Shown here: piece after piece, positions 1 through 12,232 of the stretch
Numbering within the stretch: the first letter of the stretch is position 1
How the letters are laid out: every line of letters begins with the position of its first letter
Assembly (NCBI RefSeq): GCF_006345805.1
Contig: NC_042998.1
Span: 40,672,001-40,736,000 of the forward strand
Length of the DNA: 64,000 nucleotides
Source: Octopus sinensis
Lineage: Eukaryota
Direction of reading: 5' to 3'
Program-made: the position numbers and the translations under genes
Notes under the pieces: model-generated
Databases searched by the model: none
What the model saw: the letters and a program-made list of their open reading frames with translations, nothing else
What the model was told of the DNA's origin: nothing

Positions 1-149
1 TAATACGATGTTAACGTACATATGAAGCAGTAATTACTTTGCTGTGCTTGTGCATTTTGTGGCTGTTTGGATTAGATTAGAATAATGGTGTCTATAGACT
101 TGTATTATTATGATTTGAATATGTCTGGATGTTTGTGAGTAGATATGTA

Positions 150-940
150 GTTTCAAGGGCCTGCAATAGTTATTTCTGCACATGCCCTACAGGCAGGATT
201 GATGGAACAGAGAGACCACTTCTATGAGATCCTTCTGCAAACTTCCATGATGAAGATTGACAGAAACTTCATCATAACACCTGGCAACTTCAATGGACAT
301 ATTATTCATCATGGATCATGGATTCTATGACATACATGGTGGCTATGGGTTTGGCTCAAGAAATGAGAAGGGTATAAGTCTTTTAGAGTTTCCTGATGCA
401 ACTGATCAAACAAATTGCGACACACACTTTAGGAAACCAGACAATTGCCTCGTCACTTACCAATCTGGCAAATATGCAGGCCTGATATATTACATTCTCA
501 CCAAGAAGCAGGACAGAAGAGCTGTTCTACACACCTGTGCACTATGCAACATATATTAGTAGTTAGTGACTTCTGAGTCAGAGCTTGGCAGACACAGAAA
601 TAGAAGACAATATGGAGAAGAAATAAATGGAAACTAAGAGTTCTTGGATTTGGGAATAGGTTAAGAGAAATCCTAATTGATGCATAAAGCAGTAGGGAGA
701 AAGATTTAGATAACTGTAGCATAGATGATAGCTGGAAATGTCTACAAAAGACAGTATTCAAGAGTAATACAACACTTCGCAAATATCTCCTTCGAGTAAA
801 ACTACCAATAGAAGAGGTTATGACCAAAAACTGCGTGTACTCCATCCCATGCAGCTGTGGTAGGTCATACAAAGGCGAAACATGCTGCCCCCTCAAAATA
901 AGGGTAGAGGAACATTGCAAAGCTGTGACATGAGGAGATA
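150..940 (+). mobile_element. RTE-clade LINE remnant, AP-endonuclease region (degenerate)
   Basis: ORF 293..559 reads HGGYGFGSRNEKGISLLEF...DTHFRKPDNCLVTYQSG...YYIL, preceded by GNFNGH. These are typical RTE APE motifs; frameshifts and stops are present. Confidence 0.8.
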
Positions 941-943
941 ATG

Positions 944-1430
944 ATAAATCAGGTATAGCTGATCATGTATACAAAAATGGAGACCACCTTCCCCTGTGGG
1001 ATGAAGTTATAATATTAGACAGAGAACACCAATGGAAAATATAAAAAATAAAAGAAGCAGCACATATGGTAAGACACAACAACCTCCTAAGCAGACCGAG
1101 TGCAGATATGAATAGTATATAGGAACTGGTATTAAGGAAGGATAGGAAAATATTAGATTTATAAGCCCTAAAATTCTCTCCATAATTGCCCACGGACATA
1201 TGGGGTAATAGTTAAGAGCATGGGCTACTAACCACAAGATTCTGAGTTCGATTCCAAGCAGTGACCTGAATAATAACAATAATAATAACATCAAAAAATA
1301 CCTTAGGAATCAGAACCCAAGTTCCCCAAGACACCTGATAAAGACTGGGGGGTATATCAGCTGAAACGTGTTAACAACAAACAAGATAAGGACAAATATC
1401 TGTTAATAATGTACATAATTCCTCATCTCT
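944..1430 (+). mobile_element. Penelope-like element 3' end (GIY-YIG C-terminus plus terminal repeat region)
   Basis: The + frame from ~944 reads KSGIADHVYKNGDHLPLWDEVIILDREHQWKI*KIKEAAHM, a PLE GIY-YIG tail. It is followed by a tRNA-like segment and a hammerhead-like motif. Confidence 0.7.
1330..1372 (+). ncRNA. Degenerate minimal type I hammerhead ribozyme motif
   Basis: gACAC-CTGATAA-A-GACTG-ggggtatat-CAGCT-GAAAC-GTGTT. The core is CUGAUGA-like with G8>A, helix II is imperfect, GAAAC is intact, and ACAC/GTGT forms helix I. Confidence 0.5.
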
Positions 1431-1483
1431 TAAACATAGAACTGCATGACAAACTTATTCTTCAGTTTATAAGATTAAAAGTA

Positions 1484-1812
1484 TTGTATTTTCTGGCATA
1501 TAAGGCACACATTTTTTCAAAAGATTTCCCCACAAAAGTTCCATATGCTTTATATGCTGAAGGTCAGATGTGGGTAGACTTCGTTAGTGTTATCAATGAT
1601 GGACAATACTGGTGACAGTGGAGGTCAGTGGTAATATTATTGTAACTTAGTCTACCATAATAAATTACCAAAGGGTGTCACTCTAAATTTTCAAGGTTTC
1701 TCTACCCAAAAATGTGTGAGACATTCAGCTTGGGATTTTGGGTCAGCTGCAGTTTTTCTCCCAGATTAGGCCTGTCAAAATTGGGGTGTGCCTTATATGC
1801 CCGAAAATATAA
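1484..1812. mobile_element. pogo/Tc2-like MITE
   Basis: Terminal inverted repeats: tattttctggcatataaggcacac (~1487-1510) and gtgtgccttatatgcccgaaaata (1786-1809). Confidence 0.7.
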
Positions 1813-2338
1813 GTCAAGGTCATGTACTATGAGTGAAGGTGAGTTCTGATGTTTCTTATTTTGCAAATTTTACTATCTTTAGTAATGCAGATCACTTCTA
1901 GTTACTATATTTATAGCCCTGAGATTACTAGTTCAAAGAAATATGGCCAAGCCACTTAGCATAAAAATCTCAATCTGCAAAGTCAGAGGGTCAACCAAGA
2001 TTCTGAAAAATAAATTTTGTTTCAAAATAGTTTGGCGAATTATTTTGCCAAACTCACTGCTTTTGATGAAACGCGTGCACACACACACATGCATGCACAC
2101 ACACACACACACTCACACACACACACAATCATCATGCTGGCATAGGTTAAGCAGATCTTTTTGAGGCAGTGTTTTATGACCAGATGTCCTGCCTGATGCT
2201 AATCCCTTTAGTTGATAGTTATGACACACAAGGTCACTGTGTACCTATTTTTGACATAGAAACACACATGGTATATCTATGTGTGGATTGGCCAAAATCC
2301 CCACTACCACATATACAGATGTATATTTTATATAAATA

Positions 2339-2738
2339 CTAGCAGTATAGCCCAGCATTGCTCAGGTTTGTTTTCTTTTTGACCCTTGAGAATTGGAATT
2401 TTTGAAAAGTAAAAATTTTGCATTATGTAGCTTGTTATTCTCTTTAAGTGAACATTTTTCTGGTTGAAATATATTGAAAAATGGCGACACAGCAGTCAAA
2501 AGATCGTAAAAAATAGGGATTTTCATAGAAAAAAAGCACCATTTTGATGTAAATAATTTTTGGTCTTAACATGGTCCGATTTGAATCTTTTCTTCTACGG
2601 AATGAAGAGCAAGCCTTCTTCTATCATAATCTCAATTTTGGTCAACTTGCATTGCAAGGTCTCGGAGGAGATAGTGTTAGTTGAAGACTACCAAACCTGC
2701 CAAACACACAGAGACAACTTCAGCTTTATATATAGAGA
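2339..2738 (-). mobile_element. Non-autonomous Helitron
   Basis: On the minus strand it starts A|TCTCTATATATAAAG and ends with a degenerate GC-rich hairpin followed by CTAG|T. These are the canonical TC...CTRR ends inserted in an AT dinucleotide. Confidence 0.7.
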
Positions 2739-3138
2739 TAACAGGAAATCTGTTTCTGCTCTGCTTATCACCTTTTTACTTGTCTCCTAGCCCACTCAAT
2801 GAAGGAAGGTTTTTAGTCTTGCAAGTTACAATGACCACACTAGCACTGGAACCATGAAAAAAAGCATCCAGTACATTCTGTAAATGGTTGGCATTAAGAA
2901 GGGTACCCATCTGTAGGAACCAGGACAAAACAGAGATACTTGAGCAAGACATGTCCTCCAGCCCATTGTCCCTGCCCCCACATCATACCAGTATGCAAAG
3001 TGAATGTAAAAATGATAATGATGATGATGAAGCACACACATCTATATTATACTATGGGAGAATAAACTATTTGATGCATCTTTACTTGGTCACTTGACCT
3101 GATATAAATAGCAACCAAAATCTTTCTCAAATCACACC

Positions 3139-3367
3139 TTATTACTTTCATTACTGCATTTATTTTGAGATGCTCTGTGTTTCTTTCAATTAATTTTAAA
3201 TATAACAAAGAATTTAGTAAAATAACTTAGTTATCATTAAGCTAGTGTTAAGAACATAAATTGTGACTAAGGTTTGGTGGAAGATTTTAATTCAAAGCTT
3301 ATGAAAACAAGACATTTGTACTACAGAGCCAGAGGTGGTTTCAGCCGGGTTGGTATCAAAAGGTTAA
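3139..3367. mobile_element. piggyBac-type MITE (degenerate left end)
   Basis: The right end is ...atcaaaagg-TTAA and the left end ttattactttc resembles TTAA-CCCTTT. Confidence 0.45.
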
Positions 3368-4028
3368 TATCTTAAAGAAAGAATTAAACACATTGGTCAA
3401 TGTGGTTTTTAGTTTCCTACACATAGGGAAAAGCTAGAATGGCCACAACAGAATAGATATAGACCTGCTTGATTCAAATTGACCTGGGGTTAAACAACTA
3501 CAATACATATAACAGAATAGTGTCATTAAATTATATAAAAAAAAGTTGCTTTATACACTACAGTGATTCTGTATTTACAATGACTCTTCATGATTATCTC
3601 ATTCATCAAAAGACTTCTTTGACATTCTATGAAACAAATTAATATAATTAATATAATGACATTAAGGAAGCTAATATAACAAGGAACAAACTGACAAAGT
3701 CAAATACAAATAACTGGTTTTTTAAATAAAACTTGTGAGAAAATAATGTTTTCTTCTTAGTTCATGTTTTGCTTGGGCAGTTGAGAAGTTAAAATAATTT
3801 AATTTTAAGGTTACTGAATAATAAGGTTTAGTTTGGAGATGAACACAAATAAAGCAACTGTTTAGAGATGAATACAAATGAAAGAAATTCTTGTTTAAAC
3901 TATGCCAACACATAAAAGAAAGTGTGTTGAGTTAATGTTATTACTGTGTAGCCTCACATTAATCTCAAACACCAAATCTCTGATGAAGGTGTTCAAGTTG
4001 AGACCATTGCAGCTTTGTTTAGATGTAT

Positions 4029-4257
4029 TTAACCCTTTAGCATTTAAACTGGCCATAACCGGCCAAAAGTATTCTGCCTGTTTTATGTCCAAACTGGCCA
4101 GATCTGGTCTCTCACATCAACCCTACAATATTGTTTTAAAAATTAACAGCTACCTCATCAAAATCTCATAGCTACAAGATAATGCATGATTAGTTCAAAA
4201 CAATGTGGATAAAAAAGGATTAATTTTGGCAGAATAATGTGAACACTTAAGGGTTAA
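4029..4257. mobile_element. piggyBac-type MITE with TTAA TSD
   Basis: TTAA-CCCTTTAG ... TTAAGGG-TTAA, with TTAA at 4029-4032 and 4254-4257. Confidence 0.7.
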
Positions 4258-5954
4258 AGGTGATAGTTCAATGTCTTCTGCTTTTTTTCTCGAAGACAGT
4301 AGTGTTTGATTTGAGGGAAATATGTCTGCTATTTTTTGCAGCTTAGTTGACCACATGGAGGCATCTTTGTTGACTCATTGTGTTGGTGTTAGAATACTTA
4401 CAGTAGTGGCAATGATGATATCAATGGTAGTGGTACAGTTGGATGTGGTGTTATGCTGATGGTGTCATTGATGATGATGGTGATGATGGTAACAACAGTG
4501 ATACTGTACCTAGAATCGATAAAAGCTAGGAAAAGAAAACGTATAAATTTGTGTGTTAAAACATCAAGGAAGTAAGCTATATATATTTGAAATATTATTA
4601 AAGGACAGAATATCTATAGCAATAAACAATAATGTTACAAATATTAGAGGGAACCAGTGGAAATATTTAAATAGATATTTGTTTAAACAGTTTGTACATG
4701 CAGCATGAGGATAGAAGCTGATTGTAGTCATCAAAGGTACAAGAATGTTGATATGGAAGAAGTTTCATTAATGATAGATCTTTGATGAAATATTTCGAAT
4801 CATCAGAGTAATAAAAGGCAAAATCAATGAAAGTAAAGGCAAGAGTTTCATAAGGAAATATGGACAGAGTTCTCTGAAGAAGATACTGCATGAAAGAAGA
4901 AAAAAGAAAAAAAGATGGCATTTGAATAATTCAAATTTCTTTACTGTATATCTTTATCTTTCTGATCCTATTCCTTTACAAAAGCTTCAGATGTTGTTTT
5001 AATGCTATTTAATCCCAAAATTAAACTTCTTATATATTGTGAGAGCAATAGTCAATGTGAAGTTACAAAATCCTTACCCTAAAAGTTCTTTGATCTGAAA
5101 TATAGGAATTCCACTCTCTTATTATCAATGAGGAAATTTATGTTAAAGGGGAATAAATCTTCTTTTGCAAGAGCTGAATTCTATTCTGTTGGAAGCTAGA
5201 AATCTTATAAATAAGCATAAAAGACATTTTTAGTGAAAATATTTTCCATTTCCAAATACAGTAAAACCAGTTTGAATATTTTAATCTCAGAATTCTGGAT
5301 GATTAAAAGCAATGAAATATCAATTGACATTGTTTGAATGTAAGATAACTAATTTCATTAGAAAAGAAGGAAATTGTGTATTAATATGAATTAACATATT
5401 TATTGACTTGAACACTAAATTGTATTCTTTTCTGAAAGATTCTTTGAATATTTTCCTATATCATCATTATCATGTCCTTCATATAAGTGATTTTATTTAT
5501 GTACATATATGATATGAGAAAATTTAAATATTCTATTAAGAATCATTAACTTTTATAAAAATTTATTAGAGAATGCTAGTAGAATTACTACATAAATTTA
5601 TATTCTGAGCTACTTCTTTGTTGTTGCAGCTCAAAGCTAACATATATTTAACTTTCAAATTTAATAGCTATCATATGCCTTTCATTTTGTTCATTGCAGT
5701 ATTCTAGCAAACCATTCTTTATAAATATGCAAGTACAAATGCTTTAAAATTAAAATAAAAGCATTCTGGCGCCTACATATTTATATTTTTAAATTGGTTT
5801 TCCAAAAATTGCTTATGATACATAAGCTTTTCTGGATTATCTCTAGCCAATGCTACTGTTAGATTAAATTTCCAGTTTCAGTTGTTTCCATCTAAACATG
5901 TATGTTTTTATCTGTTAGTTGTATACTTCCAGCATGTGACTGCTATAAGCTCAA

Positions 5955-6312
5955 TTAGTTATAAAAAGAGTCAGACAATATGAGTTTAATTCTATACCAG
6001 GGAAAAGTGCTAGATTCTTTCTTCCTATTGAGATAACTGCAGGAGAAGTGCTTAGTTAAAAGTAAGCTACTGTACTTAGCATTCATTGATCTGGAGAAAG
6101 ACTTCGATAGGGTCCCTCTCTCTGTGATCTGCTGGTCACTGACAAAGCTTAGGGTAGATGAATGTTGTGAGAGAGTCATAAAAGTCATGTGCAGGGGTGT
6201 TGTCAATAGAGTGAGAGTTAACAATAAGTGCAGTGAAATATTTAGTGGGCAGGTAGGAGTTCATCAGAGCTCTGCTTTCAGCCCCCTCTTATTCTTCATA
6301 GTCCTCCAGTTT
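5955..6312 (+). mobile_element. RTE LINE reverse-transcriptase fragment
   Basis: Translates to LYLAFIDLEKDFDRVP...GQVGVHQSSAFSPLLFFIVL, matching RT motifs DLEKAFDRV and GVHQGS.LSPLLF. Confidence 0.85.
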
Positions 6313-6334
6313 CTATCAACCAAATCCACAGGCA

Positions 6335-6480
6335 AGGCTTTTGTTAGCACAGGGCTGTAATAGAAGACACTTGCTCAAGGTGCTATGCTGTAGGACTGAA
6401 CTTGGAACCTTGTGGTTGGGAAGTAGACTTCTTAACGTGTGCTTATTGGGACATTGGCACAACAGATGTTATCCTCCTGA
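6335..6480 (-). mobile_element. tRNA-derived SINE fragment (family A)
   Basis: tagaagacacttgctcaaggtgc...ctgaacttggaacc...tgtggttgggaag matches the 5' part of copies at 10113 and 25133. Confidence 0.7.
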
Positions 6481-8442
6481 ACATCTATTGTGGTAGTGTC
6501 TCAATAAAAACTTCCATTTGAATCCATCATAGTTATTGATTCCACCACATTGGTGTGCTCAGTAACACAACAGCAGCTAATTTGTTTTCACTTATCAGCT
6601 CTGACATCCCCCAAATTACAGCTACATTTGCTATATCTTCTACACTCATTCTATACTACATTAATGGCTTACTTGAGATTCTGTCTGACTACGTACTTTT
6701 CAATCCAATCTTCTCTCCTCCTTAATTATGTGCATATAGGCATCGTCTACACACAATCTGGAACATTTCAGATCAGGTCCATGCTCCTTCTATGGCCAGA
6801 AACCATAACAAAATTATCTGATGAGGAGATAGCAACCTAATCTCCTCCAATATCACCATGACATCCAATTGCTTAACTCCTCAATTATTAACAAGTAACA
6901 TTCTCTCTACATGTGAACTAGATGCACATTAAACCCTCCAGGTTGCTACAAATGCTAAACTATAAATATAAACTATAATCTCACAAAACAACCTTACACC
7001 TATAGCATTGCCATAGCTGCATCTGAATGACTAAGCTTCCTCGTCATAACCAGAAAGTACATCAGCTTTAACCAGTTACTGAGGCTCTACAAAGTTCAAG
7101 CAAGACTCACTGGGGTACTGATTACAGCTATAATTGCTATAGTCACATTAACTCATGTTCTAGACCAAATTTAATACAAAGTTATGTAATTTAGAGGTAA
7201 AGATTCAATAATTAACAGGCTTCATGAACTAGCTCAGATATATAGAGTTCTCTCTCTCTCCCTCCCCCACACTCTCTCTCTCATAAAGATATCTGTTTTT
7301 CTGAACCAATGACCCATGGATACTTTCTCAACTCTCCCTTTCTGACATCCCCAAATACTTCATTAAACAATTTTCCCAATCATTCCTCTCAAAACTTTAG
7401 ACCTCTGAAATTCTTCTCTTGATCACATTTTTCTTTTAAACATTGACCTTACAGATATTTAAACTGAACATCAATCTAGGATGACCCCCACAGATGTCAC
7501 TATTGTTGCACTTTCTATTATAACTACTGGAAGTAAAAAAAACAAACAAGAGAAACTTGTCATGCAGTATGCAACTTTATAAAAGAGTTCCAATTTGAGT
7601 GGGAGGAATCTATACACAAGTAGCTTTTCAATTTGATTTTAATACTGGTTACAATGAAGTTTTTTCTGATGTCAACAATAACTTTGTTTTCATTAAAATT
7701 CTTCACAAGCAAGAGATCATTGTGGGTGTAGAAGTGTAGATCTGTGGGGCATCTTATTTTATGGAGCATGCACTAATGGCTGCTCTTTTATATAAATTTT
7801 AAAAAATTATTTTCCATAAAATCATCAAATTATTTTATGGAAAATAATTTGAAGTCGTGTATGAAGTGATAATTTATGATTGTCTTTATTACCTTAGAAA
7901 TGTTAGATGTGAGAACAATAATAACAGAGGTTAGATATGAAGGCAATGAACTATTATTTGGCTAGGTCAGGAAAAACTGTGTTTCTTGTGACTAGAATGT
8001 AGAAAATTACTATAATGAGAAAAGTTAAAGAATTACATAAAACATTTTCTCCTCAAGAGAAGTGTATTAGTGAATAATTGCTTGTAATACAAAACAAGTT
8101 GACTTGTTAAATTTTAGCAAGTAAAGAATTCATTACATATGGCATCTATCAACGCATGGTGAGGAGAGCAAATTAAGGAAAGGAAATTCAGGTGAGGATT
8201 TGTTACATGCATAAAAAGACAAGCTGGATGCAAGTTGGGCAGTAGATTCAACAGTTCTAGTTGCAGAGGTACTCCCAGAAGGAGAGAGAAGATGAAGTGC
8301 TTGACAGTTAAGTCGGAGGAAGGGGACTCCATTATATGTAAATCATGAATTTAGAAGAATACATTTCTCACAGTTGAAGAGCAATGGTAGACAGAAAAAT
8401 CTAGTCAAAGTTAGAAGATATCTTCTTGGTAAATGACTGAAA

Positions 8443-8580
8443 GATTACATTCACCCCAGTGTCTAACTGGTACTTGTTTTATTTTATCCAACCTAGAAAG
8501 AATGGAAGGTAAATTCAATCTCAGAACATAAAATGTCACTAAGTATTTTATCTCAGTCACTAATGATTTTACCAGTTAGC
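8443..8580 (-). mobile_element. SINE fragment (family B)
   Basis: accccagtg...aactggtactt...ctcagaacata is the reverse complement of the copies at 25279 and 56269. Confidence 0.6.
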
Positions 8581-9224
8581 CTCACTGATCTGTACTGTAG
8601 CAATATACACACATACATTTGCTATATGGATGATCTAATTGTATAAGTTATATTTGATATATTATGTTAATACATGGATGTCTCCCAAATACTGTTTAGG
8701 TTATTTCTACTCGGGTATTGTAGGTTGAATTTCTTGTGCATATTGCAACATAACCTCCAGTAAAAGAAGTTTGACTATTGTTTGCTTATAAGATTTGATG
8801 ATGTCTATGATGTAGAGAATTATAGCTAGGATTTTCTGGGTCACATTTTCATTATTTAAGATTAAGTCTAAATCGTATTATATGCTTTTAATGTCTTTAA
8901 AAAGGAAAACTGCATAAATTATATAAAAATATTAATAAAAAAAGTCTTATATTACCTTATTCCTTATTGTGCAGTTAACTTTGGGGGGAAAAAGCTGAAG
9001 AATGGATCTTTATAATTATCTTGAACACGATCACTACCATCATCTTTACCGGTAGCAGACTCACTAGTAATAACAATAACAAACAATAACATCTTTTTTG
9101 TACACTTTTTTCTGCTTCTCCTCCTCTGTCTTCTAATATACTATATATTTTCTCTCTCTTAACTTCACATTTATATTCATATCTGTCAGTCTATCCACAC
9201 ACATACACATATGAGCACACAAAA

Positions 9225-9450
9225 CACACACACACACACATGCATGCACACACACACACACACACACATGCATGCACACACACACACACACACACATGCA
9301 TGCATGCATATATTTGTGCATGTATTTATACAGACACACACACACACACACATGCATGCACACACACACACATGCATGCACACACACACACATGCATGCA
9401 CGCATATATTTGTGCATGTATTTATACAGACACACACACACATATATATA
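9225..9450. repeat. Compound (CA)n/(CATG)n microsatellite with a ~100-bp higher-order duplication
   Basis: gcatatatttgtgcatgtatttatacagacacac occurs at ~9303 and ~9402. Confidence 0.95.
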
Positions 9451-10112
9451 TGGAGAGAGGGAGAGAGAAAGGGAATAGTGAGCATAATCACTCACAGATG
9501 TGCACCAGACGTGATTATCAGTAACATTTTGACAGTTTTATATTTTTATGTCACAAATCTCCAATTATTTATAATGGGGGCCATTAGAAAAAAAAAACCT
9601 CTACAGAATTTTAGATTGTAGGTGCATGTTAACTCATTTGTGATGCATTGGAAGTACCATGTATATACTATTAATGTTTCCATTTTAAAAGTGTAGGCAT
9701 GGAAATCACTGAATTAATGGTTCTGTATTATAAAATATAAAAAAAAATTACTTTGCTCACATATCGTTATTGCTGTTGTAGTCATTGTCACTGTTGTTTT
9801 TCTTTTATTTATCATTCACTCTGTCTTGTCAGAATGCAAGAATAGATGTCATTGTTGTTGTCACGCTTTTCCATGTTAACAATAAGCTATCTTCCAGTGT
9901 CTTCATTTAATGCTATGTCATCAATGAAGCACAATGTTCTAAAGTCTGATCTGATAAACCATTGACTTATAAAAATCATAGTTTAAATTTTTTTACAATT
10001 TTTTTTATTGATTCTTCCATTAAAAAAAAAAAATTTATTGGCTCTAGTAGAAACACTGACCCCTGGATGGTTTTCTGCTTGTATGAGGTGGCATCAAAAG
10101 GTTCCTGGGTGA

Positions 10113-10309
10113 GTTACTCTCTCCCTCTTTTCTCTTTTACTCGTTTCAGCTATTTAGTCGAGCAAATCGACCCCAGGACTTATTCTTTGTAAGCCTAGTA
10201 CTTATTCTATCGGTCTCTTTTGCCGAACCACTAAGTTATGGGGACGTAAACACACCAGCATTGGTTGTCAAGTGATGTTGGGGGGATAAACACAGACACA
10301 CAAATATAT

Positions 10310-10362
<53 letters not shown>

Positions 10363-10521
10363 CACGATGGGCTTCTTTCAGTTTCCATCTACCAAATCCA
10401 CTCATAATGGTCGGCCCGAGGCTATAGTAGAAGACACTTACCCAAGGTGCCATGCAGTGGGACTGAACCCAGAACCATGTGGCTCATAAGCAAGCTACTT
10501 ACCATACAGCCACTCCTATGC
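10113..10521 (-). mobile_element. tRNA-derived SINE, near full length, with internal (TA)n (family A)
   Basis: The head gcataggagtggctgtatggtaagtagcttg lies at the right end and the tail ...gaaacgagtaaaagagaaaagag at the left. It is homologous to 25133-25790. Confidence 0.9.
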
Positions 10522-10537
10522 CTAGTTATGTATAATA

Positions 10538-10955
10538 AAAAATAAATTATTTATCTAAATTTAAACATCTAGATGAGTCTTCTGTTTTCTGTAAGTGAGT
10601 CTGTAAGTGAGTCTTTTGCGATTCATTCTGGATTTCAGCAACAGTGTTAAAACAGTGACCTTTGAGCTGCATTTTCATCTTGGCGAAGAGATGGAAGTTC
10701 ACAGGTGCTAAATCTGGTGAATAGGGCAGGCGCAGAAGTGATACCATGTTCCTGTCTATGACAAAATCACAGACTACAGCTTACACATGATCACAAAAAC
10801 ACAAATTTCACAACATGCAAAGTAAACACAGTGATGTCACTTTGTACACTGCCACATGAAGGTCACTGCTAGCTCTCACTGCACACACAACCATATGCTG
10901 CTATCTGTTGGCACACTCCAAAACTAGTCTGGGAACTTTTTGATACTACTTTGTA
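10538..10955 (-). mobile_element. Internally deleted mariner element
   Basis: ORF 10547..10747 has LPYSPDLAPVNFHLFAKMKMQLKGHCF (the YSPDLAP motif). A TIR-like tacaaagtagtatcaaaaagttccc lies at the right end. Confidence 0.85.
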
Positions 10956-11393
10956 TATGTCATATTTGCTCGTATGACACTGTTGTGATATAGAATTAAA
11001 TCCTGATGCACTGATTTCTCAGCAACCCAGAGAAGCTATAGCCAACACATTGTAATATAAATATATATTTTCCAGGAAACTGTTTCCTATATGAACTACA
11101 TTTCTTTTACAATTTTTTTTTTGATTCTTCCTTAAAAAAATTATTTATTGGCTCTAGTAGAAACACTGCCCCCTGGGTGGTTTTCTGCTTGTGTGAGGTG
11201 GTATCAAAAGCTTCCTGGACTAGTTATGTATAATATGTAATATAAATATATATTTTCCAGGAAACTGTTTCCTATATGAGCAACATTGAAATACCATAGA
11301 ATATTTAATGGAGGTGGATGCAGTTTGTCCAGTTTTCCTAGTTTCAATATCTTTTACTATTCTTCATTGATTTTGCCATAAAAAAATATCATC

Positions 11394-11909
11394 AGGCATG
11401 GTTGAATGGTTAGATGCTTGTTTCCCAATCACATGGTTCTGAGTTCAGTCCCACTGGTGGCACCTTGGGCAAGTGTCTTCTACTATAGCCTTGGGCCGAC
11501 CAAAGCCTTGTGAGTGGATTTGGCAGATGGAAGCTGAAAGGAGCCTATTGTATATATATATATATAGTTAATCCAAACAAGAAAGCACAAAAAAACACAA
11601 CGCGAGGGCGTGGAACAAATATAGTATTATTGGACGCTCAGGAAAGAAGGAAAGAAGGAGGGTTTAACATTTCGAGCGGAGCTCTTCGTTGGAAACATAG
11701 GAGAAGGAAAGATCCAGAGAAGGGAAGACAGAGGAAAAAAAATCGCCAATGGTACACACGAGGTCACATTTTGAAAGACCCGAACATACATATTATTTAA
11801 ATTATATCATAAGTATAAATTCATATAAAGAGAAGGAAATCAAATCTTCAATATTGAATTCATAATATCTTGCTTTGATGAATATATTTTACTGTTTCTT
11901 TATGACAAG

Positions 11910-11946
<37 letters not shown>

Positions 11947-11961
11947 CGTGTGTGTGTGTCT

Positions 11962-12016
<55 letters not shown>

Positions 12017-12232
12017 TTTGTGTCTGTGTTTGTCCACCCATAACCACTTGACAACTGGTTTTGGCATGTTTATATCCCTTTAACATAGCTATTTGGCAAA
12101 AGAGGCTAATAGAATAAGTACCAAGCTTAAAAAATAAGTCCTGGGGTAAATTTGTTTGACTAAAAGACAGTGCTCCAGCATGGCTGTAGTCAAATGACTG
12201 AAACAAGTAAAAGAATAAAAGAAAGAATACAG
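11394..12232 (+). mobile_element. Family A SINE interrupted within its (TA)n tract by a ~350-bp insertion
   Basis: The 5' half spans 11394-11565; the 3' half resumes after ~11917 and ends in aagtaaaagaataaaag. Confidence 0.85.
11566..11783 (-). mobile_element. Penelope-like terminal fragment carrying a hammerhead-like motif
   Basis: The minus strand at 11662-11696 reads GTTT-CCAACGA-A-GAGC-tcc-GCTC-GAAAT-GTT-AAAC. The segment is relatively CpG-rich. Confidence 0.6.

Noticed and set aside
4667-4921. 84-aa minus ORF with a strong acceptor (ttcttctttcatgcag) near 4888
   Set aside because: It could be a terminal exon, but there is no donor, homology or other support.
6540-7520. Pyrimidine-rich stretch resembling an old LINE/PLE remnant (also 42360-43200 and 48450-48900)
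   Set aside because: No diagnostic motif could be read, so it is left unclassified.
9133-9621. Overlapping 68-136-aa ORFs rich in HT/CV/YI repeats (similar clusters at 27617-28026, 47014-47601, 59070-59445)
   Set aside because: They are microsatellite read-through and not coding.
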